Below, piece by piece: positions 33,978-44,863 of a DNA stretch of 64,000 nt (position 1 is the stretch's first letter; each line of letters opens with the position of its first letter). A program made the translations under genes and the position numbers. This DNA is from Eledone cirrhosa (Eukaryota), in the NCBI GenBank assembly GCA_964016885.1, contig OZ024743.1, positions 336,660,001 through 336,724,000 of the forward strand. Reading direction: 5' to 3'. Under the pieces are notes generated by a model. It was not told the origin of the DNA. It saw nothing but the letters and a program-made list of their open reading frames with translations, and did no database searches.

Positions 33978-34917
33978 GGGAAGAAGACGCACGAGGTGAC
34001 GGAGGTCATGAAATCGCTCCCGTAAGTTTTGAATTTTTAACATATTTAAATCATTTGTGAAATAACAACTCTTAGTACAAATGCTACGTAAAGCACCCGG
34101 CTTGAGCCCCAAAAAATTCGGACCCAAATATATATTGTTATAAGGCTCAAATATTCAAATATTCAACTTTGTATTGTACACTGTATATCCAAAAAAGAAA
34201 ATGGCTATAAATGGAAGAAGAACCCCCCCCCCTCCTCTCCTCTGTCTACACTATATAGAACAGCCAAACTCACCAACACCAGAAACTAGATACACCACCC
34301 ACCCCATCACCTGTGTACACTAAACACAACAGCCAGATAACGGCATTTTCACCACCACCGCTCACTACGGCCATCATTACCACCATTATCCCATCACCGC
34401 CGCCACTACCCCTTCACTCCTTCACTGCTACCACCGCTACAGCACCATCACTACAGTAATACGGTCACATCACAGCCACCACTGCCTCGGTATCGACATC
34501 ACCACCACCACTGTCTCAGTATCGCTACCGCCGCCAGTCTCCCACTTCTTCAAGCTGGCTGCTGCCACCACATTATAGAATCCCTACTGCTAAAAAAGAG
34601 GAAGGCATCAAAATATATAGATAGACTCAAAAGAAAAAAGAAAAAACAAACAACAAAACCAAAGCAGCACAGCAACAACAGCAAAAAACGAGAAAAACAA
34701 ACAGAGAAAAACAAAAACAAAAAAAAACCCCCCAAAACGTAAAGAAAATAAGAATGAAGAGAGAAGCAGGCGGACGGACAGAGAAGAGGGGGGAAAAACT
34801 AAAACTTAAAAAACAAAATCTAAGTCAGACATTCGAACACTACATTACAATGAAACTTATGCTTATTCATTTTTGGGGCCCTTTCTGCCTGTGTGTTTGT
34901 TTGTTTATGTGTGTTCG
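33978..34917 (+). mobile_element. Possible 5'UTR/ORF1 remnant of a third Tx1-like type
   Basis: gacggagg..gctcccgtaag..aatttttaac resembles the type B 5'UTR. A-rich ATGGCT start at 34201, then Pro/Thr-rich and Lys-rich sequence. Confidence 0.4.
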
Positions 34918-37900
34918 TATACAGCGTGGTGATAATTCCACACAAGGGCCAAGTGGAATGGCGGATCCACAGATGGCTATGTAACCATACATTCGCCAAT
35001 CCTCGATAAGAGTGTTTAAATATCGAACATAAACAGTTCGAATAACGGTGAAATGGAGACTAGAACGTCATGTGACAGACTCTCACCCAACAGGTGCCCC
35101 CTGGCTCAGCAGCAGGAACCTGACTGTCAACCAAATACTGCTGATGTTGGAGGAAGGAGAAGAAGGAAAGGGGCCAGAACCAACTGGACGAAAGAATTGA
35201 ATAGAACTGTTATGCAATGTTACCTGAAAAGTAACCCCAAGGAGAGGGGCTACAGGAGACGGATGCATAACATCTGGAACGAGATTGGTTTATTTAAATT
35301 AGATGAACAAAAATTGGCCGGGCAGGCTCGGGTAATAAGAACTAATGGGTGGATAAGCGAGCTGGAACTGGAGGAACTGAGCAGAGAGAATGGCTTGGAG
35401 ATGGCGGGTGTAGTATGCCAGACAAGCGAGCCAGTGGGAAATGAAGGTGAAGAGGTCCTGAGAACGGAGGAACCACCCGAAGCAGACAATGATCTGAATA
35501 CTGAGATAAATAATACCTGGAACAGAGATACGGCCACTGAGGAGATGAATGCTGACGGGCTAGGACAAGATTCGGTTGACATCCTAAATTTAGTGGTAGA
35601 TGAATTGAACAATGATAGTGGGAGACCTATGAACCTAAGATTTGTAGACAGGAAAAAGTTAAAAGAAACAACAGCTAAGGTAAACAAAGTCATCCCATAC
35701 CTTGAGGCGAGGAGCCTTCACCAGTGCAACAATATCCTCAAAGCAACAGCAAATACGGTGAGGAAACTACTTGGTATAAAAGCGAGAGGAAACAACAGAC
35801 AAGAAAGAGCAGAGCCATGGTGGAAGAAGCGACTGAGTGGGCAAATCGGGGAAATGAGAAATGACATAGGAAAGCTTGAGTCACTACTGAATGGGACACT
35901 AAAAAACATAGGCACTAAAAATAGACTGGAAATAAAATACAAAACTAGGAGGAAAAAGCTAAATATTATCATAGAAGAACTGAAGCAACGCATTGTAACA
36001 AAGAGTGCAAAAATCAGGCGATATGAGAACAGAGTCAGTCAGTATATACAGAACAGCATGTTCGAAAACAACCAGAAGATGCTGTTTGGACAGCTTGAGG
36101 GGAAAGAAAGAGGCAACGACTTGATCCCTGGGACGGAGCAAACTAAAACATTCTGGAGAGGAATATGGGAGCAGGATGTTAGACATAATGTCCAGGCAGG
36201 GTGGATTGAGACAGTACAGAGGGAGATCGGTGAGCAGGCACAACAACAGACTGATTTGAGTATCACAGTTGAAACTCTTAAGGGGCAGGCCAAAAATCTA
36301 ACCAACTGGAAATCACCAGGCCCAGATGGTGTGCAGGGGTATTGGATTAAACATTTACCATCCCTCCACCCGAAGCTGACGGCCATGTTCAATGACTGCT
36401 TGGTGTCGGGTGAGGTGCCAGAGTGGTTGACAAAAGGTACCACAGTTCTGATAATGAAAGACCGAATCAAGGGTAATGATGTTACCAACTATAGACCTAT
36501 CACATGTCTGTCCGTAATGTGGAAACTGTTGACGAGCATTGTGTCTGAGGAAATCTACCATCACCTCCACACAAACAACTTGTTACCGGACGAACAGAAA
36601 GGATGCCGAAAGAAGTCACGTGGTACAAAGGACCAGTTACTTATTGATAAGATGGTAATGGGGAATTGCAGGAGGAGACACACTGATCTTGCCATGGGAT
36701 GGATAGACTACAGAAAGGAATTTGACATGGTGCCTCATTCTTGGATCACCAAAAGCCTGGAGATCTTCAGGGTGGCAGATAACATCAGACAGTTGCTGGG
36801 CAGGAGTATGGGGTCCTGGGAGACAGAGTTGACATCAACTGGAGTATCCTTGGGAAGCGTGAAGATCAAGAGAGGTATCTTCCAGGGAGATAGCCTGTCC
36901 CCTCTGTTGTTTGTCCTTGCCCTGATGCCCTTGACCATCATGCTGCGAAAAGTGAGAGCAGGATACAAGTTGGGAAGGGGAGAGCTTACCATCAATCACC
37001 TCCTCTTCATGGACGATCTTAAGCTCTTCGGGAAAAGCGAGAAAGAGTCGGATGTGCTTGTTGACACTGTCCGTATTTTCAGCAGTGATATATGTATGCA
37101 GCTTGGTATTGGTAAATGTGGAGTCATTGTGATGAGGAGGGGTAGGTTGAGCAGAAGTAACGGGATCCAGATACCAACAGGTGAGATGATAAAGGAAATT
37201 GACTCTGAGGAAGGATACAAGTATTTGGGCGTTCTGGAGGCTGATGGCATAAAGAACAAAAAAATGAAGGAATTGTTAAGAACTGAATACATTCGGAGAG
37301 TAAGGAGCGTATTGAAGTCACATCTGAACAGCAGAAATGCCATAAGCGCAGTAAATTCCCGAGCTGTGTCTATTATTAGGTACAGTGCGGGAATTCTGAG
37401 ATGGAATGTTGCTGAACAAAAAGAAATGGATAGGAAGACTAGGAAGCTATTGACTATCTACAACATGTTCCACAAGAGGAGTGATGTCGATAGACTCTAC
37501 CTAAGGAGATGTGAGGGTGGAAGAGGTCTTATCAGCATAGAGGACTGTGTTCAGATGGAGAAAAACAACCTATACAAATACGTGACCTATAGTAAGGAGC
37601 CAATGCTCAAAACTGTACTGAAGGAGGGGACAGTAGGCCAGGGGATGTCCAAGGAGGAAATAACATCAAGGAGGAAGAGCAGCCTTAAGGGAAAATCCCT
37701 TCATAGTACCTTCTTTGAGAAAACTGAATTTAGAGATCCACAGACATGGAACTGGTTGAGAAGAGGAGACCTCAAAAAGGCTACAGAAGGAATGATAATG
37801 GCTGCGCAGGAGCAGGCCCTCAAAACGAAGTGGTTGAAGCACCATATTTACAAGGAGGAGGCTATCCCACTGTGCAGGATCTGTGGAGAGAGAGAGGAGA

Positions 37901-38520
37901 CTGTGGCTCACATTGTGTCCGAGTGTAAACACCTAGCCCAGACCCACTATAAGGGCTGGAGACACGATGTGATGGGCAGGGTGATCCACTGGCACCTGTG
38001 CAAAGTAAACAATTTACCACATTCTGAGAAATGGTATGAGCATAGGCCAGAGGCGGTGATGGAGAACAATCAGGTGAAGGTGCTGTGGGATTTTAGGATA
38101 CAGACGGACAAAAAACTGGAACACAATAGACCTGACCTGGTGGTTGTGGACAAAGAAAAAAGATCGTGTCTGATTGTGGATGTGGCCTGCCCGTTCGACA
38201 CGAGAGTGCAAGAGAAGGAGAGGGAGAAAATTAACCGATACCAGGACCTAAAGTGGGAGGTGAAAAGGATTTGGAACTGCCATGAAGTCAAAGTGATCCC
38301 GATTGTCATAGGCGCACTGGGGACTATCTCCAAAAGTTTCCAGGGATGGTTAAAGAAAATCGGCCCCTTCACGCTTTTTGGAACGCTTCAAAAGGCATGC
38401 TTGCTTGGAACAGCAAGAACCCTCCGATAAGTCCTGAATATCTGAGGCTGCAGGTAGTGGCTTGATATTCAATCCAACGGACTTTCCAGTTAACCAACAT
38501 CAATGACTGAGATTCAAGGA
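34918..38520 (+). mobile_element. R4/Dong-like element, full-length, same family as 14011-17613
   Basis: Near-identical UTRs and ORF. 3' (TAA)n-like tail at 38521-38546. Confidence 0.94.
35053..38430 (+). CDS. 1125 aa RT + RLE protein, stop 5 codons earlier than the sister copy
   Basis: Same motifs. TAC>TAA at 38428-38430 and KAFD>KEFD in the RT. Confidence 0.9.
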   Translation: METRTSCDRLSPNRCPLAQQQEPDCQPNTADVGGRRRRKGARTNWTKELNRTVMQCYLKSNPKERGYRRRMHNIWNEIGLFKLDEQKLAGQARVIRTNGWISELELEELSRENGLEMAGVVCQTSEPVGNEGEEVLRTEEPPEADNDLNTEINNTWNRDTATEEMNADGLGQDSVDILNLVVDELNNDSGRPMNLRFVDRKKLKETTAKVNKVIPYLEARSLHQCNNILKATANTVRKLLGIKARGNNRQERAEPWWKKRLSGQIGEMRNDIGKLESLLNGTLKNIGTKNRLEIKYKTRRKKLNIIIEELKQRIVTKSAKIRRYENRVSQYIQNSMFENNQKMLFGQLEGKERGNDLIPGTEQTKTFWRGIWEQDVRHNVQAGWIETVQREIGEQAQQQTDLSITVETLKGQAKNLTNWKSPGPDGVQGYWIKHLPSLHPKLTAMFNDCLVSGEVPEWLTKGTTVLIMKDRIKGNDVTNYRPITCLSVMWKLLTSIVSEEIYHHLHTNNLLPDEQKGCRKKSRGTKDQLLIDKMVMGNCRRRHTDLAMGWIDYRKEFDMVPHSWITKSLEIFRVADNIRQLLGRSMGSWETELTSTGVSLGSVKIKRGIFQGDSLSPLLFVLALMPLTIMLRKVRAGYKLGRGELTINHLLFMDDLKLFGKSEKESDVLVDTVRIFSSDICMQLGIGKCGVIVMRRGRLSRSNGIQIPTGEMIKEIDSEEGYKYLGVLEADGIKNKKMKELLRTEYIRRVRSVLKSHLNSRNAISAVNSRAVSIIRYSAGILRWNVAEQKEMDRKTRKLLTIYNMFHKRSDVDRLYLRRCEGGRGLISIEDCVQMEKNNLYKYVTYSKEPMLKTVLKEGTVGQGMSKEEITSRRKSSLKGKSLHSTFFEKTEFRDPQTWNWLRRGDLKKATEGMIMAAQEQALKTKWLKHHIYKEEAIPLCRICGEREETVAHIVSECKHLAQTHYKGWRHDVMGRVIHWHLCKVNNLPHSEKWYEHRPEAVMENNQVKVLWDFRIQTDKKLEHNRPDLVVVDKEKRSCLIVDVACPFDTRVQEKEREKINRYQDLKWEVKRIWNCHEVKVIPIVIGALGTISKSFQGWLKKIGPFTLFGTLQKACLLGTARTLR

Positions 38521-38546
38521 ATAACAACAATAATAATAATAATAAT

Positions 38547-41197
38547 ATCCAATGCCAAGTCATTTTATAGAGAAGAAGGGAAGAAATTGAAAACTTCTGG
38601 AGTAAGATTTGGAGTGATGAGAAGACATATAATGCTAATGTAGATTGGATTAGTCGCCTGGAAAAATCCTACACAAATTTAGAAGAACAGGCGTGGGAAG
38701 ACATCTCTGTAGCGGACTTAAGGACAGCACTCAATAAATCTCATAAATGGATATCTCCTGGTAGAGACAGGGTACCAAATTTCTGGCTTTCCTCACTCCC
38801 GTGCACTCAAGCTGTTTAATGGAATTGTGAAAGATCAAAAAAATACACCTGATTGGATAGCAAGTGGCATTACCTACCTTCTACCAAGGAAAAACGAAAC
38901 CAAAGATCCCAAAAACTATCGGCCCATAACCTACTTGTCCACCACTTATAAACTATTAACCTCTATTCTCATGGAAAAAGCATACGTGTTTTTGGAGGAG
39001 AACAATCTTTTCCCCATTGAACAAAAAGGGTGCCGACGAGGTTCATATGGTTGCAAAGATCAACTTTTGATTAATCGTATGATTCTTGAGAACTGTCATA
39101 ATAAACACAGAAATCTCAGTTCTGCATGGATCGATTATAAAAAAGCCTTTGACAGCATACCACGCTCATGGATTCTGAAATCACTGGACATCTTCAAAAT
39201 CTCACCTGTGATCTCAAACTTCCTGAAACACAATATGTCATTATGGAACACAAATCTCCAATTGTCTCATTCCACTGGGGTACTGTGCTCTAGGAATATA
39301 AATATCAACTGTGGTATATTCCAGGGTGACTCACTTTCACCCTTGCTTTTCTGCATAGCTTTAATACCCCTTACATCCGAGCTTAATAGAACAGGGTACG
39401 GTTATAGAATCGACAACAAAAAAATAAGCCACCTATTTTATATGGATGATTTGAAGCTATATTTCAAAGATAATGACGAACTGGAAGACCTTTTGCGGAC
39501 ACTAAAAACGTTTAGCGATGACATCAGGATGGAATTTGGACTTGCCAAGTGTGCAAAAGCCACTTTCAAGAAGAGGAAGCTTGTCAACTCAGACTCAGTT
39601 GAATTGGATGCTGAAACAATCATAAAGGAACTTGAGCAGGTACAAACCTATAAATACTTAGGGATTAATGAGGGCTCTGACATACAGCATGCAAGTATGA
39701 AAGAGAGGATAAGGAAAGAATGTTAGAGGAGAGTACGTGCAGTTCTGAGATCAGAACTAAACGATCGTAACAAGGCGCTAGCCACAAATTCCTTGGCAGT
39801 CCCAGTTGTCACTTATAGCTTCGGTGTGTTGAACTGAAATATGAGTGAAATCAAAAGAATCGACACCAAAGTCCGTAAGCTACTGACCTGTAATAGGATG
39901 CACCACCCAAAAGCAGATGTGGATCATCTTTACCTTCCTAGAACTCAAGGAGGCCATGGCCTGATCTAATTTGAACTTGCTTACAAGACCACCATCATTG
40001 GACTGGCCAAATACCTTGAAACAACTAACGACTGTATGCTGAAAATTGAGAGAAGTAAGAAGCTTCATTCTATCTTGAAGGAGAGCCAAAAATATGCTAC
40101 TGATCTCATGCTTGATACCCAGGCTGGACAGGCTAAAGAAACTGCTGCAACTGATGCTGCTAGGCACATAAAATCACTGGCAAAAGCAAAAGGGCAAGGA
40201 CAATTAGCATCAAACTGGGGGCAGAAACCTCTGCATGGCAAATATGTGGCCCGTAGCAAACAAGCTGATGTTGACCAAAAGCACACCCATCAGTGGCTAC
40301 GTAGTTCAGGGCTAAACGCGGAGAGTGAAGGCTTCATCTTAGCTGCCCAAGATCAAAGCTTATTGACTCGTAATTAAGAGACCAATGTGATGAGAAACGG
40401 AATAAACCAAAAGTGCCGATTCTGCAATGCTGGGGTTGAAACAGTGGATCACTTAGTCTCTGGATGTAAAGTTTTAAGCACCAGTAGAATACAAATATAG
40501 ACATGACAGAGTTGACCAATATCTACACTGGGTAATATGTCGGCATTACAAAATCAAAGCTGAAGACAAGTGGTACAATCATCACCCTGAGGCTGTAACT
40601 GAAGGAGAGAAAGTAACAATTCTCTGGGACTTTCCTGTACATACTGACAGGACCATAAAAGCAAATAGACCTGACATCATTATAAAAGATCAACATAACA
40701 AGGTCTGTTTATTGATAGATATGAGCATCCCATGTGATCACAATATCGCGTTAAAAGAATTTGACAAGCTACGAAAATATAAAGATCTGCTTATTGAAAT
40801 TGAGAAAATGTGGCACCTCAAGGCCGTTACAATACCAGTGATTGTGGGAGGGCTGGGAATGATCAAGAAAGGAACAGAACAATATTTGCGAATGATTCCT
40901 GGTTTACCCTTTCTGCACGAGGTGCAAAACATTGTTTTGACTGGTACTGCACACGTATTGAGAAGAGCACTATCTCTGTAAGATTGATATCCCTCGTTGT
41001 ATTTACATATGCATATGCACATGTGTATATATGTATACGGTTTCTTTTTTTTTAAATTATAATCAATGTCCTGTATTAACTGGCTTACCAATGCACACTG
41101 TGAATTTATTTGCCCTAGGTGTCAGGAAGACACTCGGCATATATCTCTGAAACAATAATGAAAGAAAATAAAAATAACAATATTAATAATAATAATA
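38547..41197 (+). mobile_element. Decayed 5'-truncated Dong/R4-like element of a different family
   Basis: NYRPIT, DYKKAFDS, QGDSLSP, YMDD, LWDF..TD...NRPD, IPVIVGGLG. Many stops. AAT-rich tail. Confidence 0.9.
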
Positions 41198-41366
41198 TTT
41201 ATACTTATATATATAATCTATATACAATTATAAATAAGACAAGGGTAATATTTTGTATTACCCAATTACCAGTAATAAAATTAGCTCGATGTAAAATATC
41301 AGATATATATTACAGAGCAGAAATACAACATAGAAAAGAATCACATTTTTGTTTAAAGCATTTAAT

Positions 41367-41412
41367 TGCTACGATCGTTTCTTCCAGACAAATGTCTGGA
41401 TTCATCGGAGCA
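41367..41412 (-). ncRNA. Degenerate hammerhead motif (CCGATGA core) in a Penelope-like terminus
   Basis: Minus strand: TGCT-CCGATGA-A-TCCAGACA(TT)TGTCTGGA-A-GAAAC GATC GT-AGCA. Confidence 0.55.
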
Positions 41413-41932
41413 TATACAATGTTGAAACAAGTAATTAAATTCCTAATCTTTAGAACATTCATTAAGATACATTATAATTAATAGTGTCAGTAACATTATA
41501 TTGAAGAGCAAGAACAAAGTAATATTACAATGAAAAGATAGTAAAATATTGAAGAGTGCTATAAAGAGAGTATTAAAGTCAATATATCAAGCATATTATA
41601 CAGAGAATGTTAATAATAGCATGCATTAAGGTAAGAGAGGTGCATAGTGATAGCATGCATATATGTGTTATATAAGCATTATATGATGAATTAGTTACGG
41701 GCAAGTAGGTTTATGCAGGAGGTTATATAAAAGGTTTACGTAGAAAATGTTAATATTTATAGTTGTGATGTGTGTAAGTAATAAGTATAGAGTTTTAAAG
41801 TTCAAATAAATATATAAAACAAACATTTAATCCAACGGTATGGATTATATGTCACTTTATCCTTAATGTTCTATAAGGCATTTCTACCTTAATTCGATGT
41901 TTCTGTTGCCGTGCAATAATCAGTGCTTGAAT

Positions 41933-42753
41933 ATTAATTGGTGAAATATATTTCTTTAATGGGATATATACAAGGAAGGTTAATCATACTTAAAGGTATA
42001 AATTTAATTATTACCCAAACTAGCTATGCGTGGTTACACGCGTGTAAAAATTATCTCCTGTGATTATTCATGTATATTTATATGTTAATCAATTTCTAGT
42101 TATTATAAAATGCTCCGATTTATCTTTGAGCTTATTTCCAGGCGATATGGCGCATGCCGTTATGAGATGACACCCACAATTTCGATTTGGATTAAATTCA
42201 TTTAATTTATCTTAATTTTGGATATAGATATATATATACGGCTCCTTAATTGTAGAGCTATTTCTGTTGAAGAGAATTTGACTGCTATTTCTAGTTGTCG
42301 AATACCTATTCACGCCACTGAAACGAAGCTGCTATTATGTGTAGACACAACACGTGGTAGCGGCCAGATGAGGATTTGAACTCGTTGTGTAAGGATGGAT
42401 AGCTGGACATTATTATTCTTCCTTGTTGACAATTCAATAATATCAACTTTCCGTGACTTACCATCTGATTAATTGGTGAAATATATTTCTTTAATGGGAT
42501 ATATACAAGGAAGGTTAATCATACTTAAAGGTATAAATTTAATTATTACCCAAACTAGCTATGCGTGGTTACACGCGTGTAAAAATTATCTCCTGTGATT
42601 ATTCATGTATATTTATATGTTAATCAATTTCTAGTTATTATAAAATGCTCGGATTTATCTTTGAGCTTATTTCCAGGCGATATGACGCATGCCGTTATGA
42701 CATGAAACCCACAATTTCGATTTGGATTAAATTCATTTAATTTATCTTAATTT

Positions 42754-42755
<2 letters not shown>
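41933..42755. repeat. ~288 bp near-identical direct repeats (41933-42220 and 42468-42755) around a ~250 bp spacer
   Basis: attaattggtgaaatatatttc...tttatcttaattttg occurs twice, each followed by TA-rich sequence. Confidence 0.92.
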
Positions 42756-42835
<80 letters not shown>

Positions 42836-43076
42836 AGCAGGACAAGATTACGAAAAAAGCCGTTGGTTCACTAAATTTTTTTTTAATACAGATTGTATTA
42901 AAACCAAATTTTATGGGCTAGCGGTTATTTCAATAGTGGGCTCACATCGGGCTCTAGCCAAAATTACGAAAATATAACCGTTAGACCACTAAATTTGGTT
43001 TAATTTCCGTGAGCGAAAAGATCGAAATAACAGCATTCTATCGTTCTAAACCCTGCTTATATATATGACCGTGCTA

Positions 43077-44411
43077 CTTTCTAACATTGACACAAGGCCA
43101 CCAATTCGACGGCAGGTGAAAGTAGTATATATTGACCACAGTACTTAACTGGTACTTTATTTTATCGACTCCTTAAGGGTAAGAGGCTAAGAAGACCTCC
43201 GCAGGATTTGAACTCAGAACTTAGAAAGTCGTAACTAAATACCGCAAAGCCTTTTGTTCGATACTATAACGATTCTGTCAATCTTCTGCCCTTATATGTT
43301 GCCATGATAATGATTTGTAATGTAAGCACAAGATCAACAATTTGGGGAGAGAGGAAATCCGATTACATAGGCCCCGTAATTGATGGTACTTTTATCAACA
43401 ACGGGAGGATGAAATGCAAAGTTGACCTCTGTGGGTTTTGAACTCAGAATGTAAAAATACTAGAAAAATCTTGCTACGCATTTTGTGCAACGCTCTACCG
43501 ATACTGCCAATCCACTGATCTTATACCTAACCATATTAAGGGTTTCTGATTTAGGCATAAGGCAATCAATTTTGGGGGAGAGGAAAGTCGATTAAATCCA
43601 CCCGAGTGTGGCACTGGTACTTTCTTTTATCCACCCCTAAAGATGAAAGGTAAAGCTAACCTCGGTGGGATTTGAACTCCGAACGTAAAGAGTCGTAACT
43701 CTGTGCCACTTAATAGGGTCTCCGACGCACTTCCGATGCTGTCAATCCAAACCCAGCCATAATAATGAAATGATATTAATTGTTTCTACATTTGGCACAA
43801 GGCCAGCAATTACACAGTACGTTACTGGTACTTTATTTTATCGACCCCGTAACGATGAAAGGCAAAGTTAACCTCGGCGGGATTTGAACTCAGACCATAA
43901 AGGGTCGTAACTCTTTGCTGCAAAGCATGGCGTCAGACCCTCTACCGATACTGCCAATGTTTCTAATATTAATCTATATGTTACTTGATATTTCATTTTG
44001 TTTTGTTATTGGTATCGCTAATTTCTTTCTTCATTTTATTTTCAGTAAACATAAAATTCATCGACAAATATCCATACCTACTGTATAAGGCTACATTTGG
44101 TAGGAGTTATGTTCATGGAATTATAAGTAAGTAATAACAACAACATAGTGGTTTCTGATTTATGCACAAAGCCAACAATTTGGGTAAAGGAAAAGTTGAT
44201 TAAATCGACAGAGTACGTTACTGGTACTTTATTATATCGACTCCGTAAGGATGAAAGACAAAGCTAACCTCGGTGGGATTTGAACTCAGGACGTAAAGGA
44301 ACGTAACTATATGCCGCAAAGCATGTTTTCACACGCTCTTCCGATACTGCCAATCCACCATGATTCATACAATGATAAGGATTTCTAGTATAAGCACAAG
44401 GCCAGTAATTT
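43077..44411 (-). mobile_element. Cluster of five co-oriented tRNA-derived SINEs plus a fragment (~43077-43285, 43313-43514, 43541-43749, 43781-43958, 44150-44357, 44380-44411)
   Basis: Each contains cacaaggcc...ggtacttt...ggatgaaaggcaaag...ggatttgaactc (reverse B box)...ctgccaat (reverse A box). Confidence 0.88.
44046..44126 (+). CDS. Candidate 81 nt host exon (NIKFIDKYPYLLYKATFGRSYVHGII)
   Basis: Long pyrimidine tract with ttttcag acceptor, open frame, gtaagt donor, frame-preserving length. Confidence 0.4.
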
Positions 44412-44828
44412 GATTGTCATTTTCAGATGGCAGTCATTTCTGCAGCTCTTTGTAATGTGTCTGTTTAATGACAGTCATTATTATACTATGCTATATTCTG
44501 TTTAATGACACAGTCATCACTATTTTCTATAGAATATACTATGTTATATTAAATTAAATACATTACAATATGTCTCTGTGTGTCCGTATCATTCGCACGC
44601 CAAAACCTGTAGTTTTCTCCTTTACACGCTTAAATATCAGAGCAAACAGCACGGACACTCTATCTCAAAATTATTTTTGAAAAGCATTTAGAAATGCGCA
44701 ACCGGTAAAAACTTAAAAACTTAAAACCACAACTGAATACGAACCCATACAATCACTAATACTATTTTATTCCTAATTAAACCATTTTTCAACTGTGAAC
44801 AATTTGTCAGCATTTTCTATTCCGTTTA

Positions 44829-44857
<29 letters not shown>

Positions 44858-44863
<6 letters not shown>

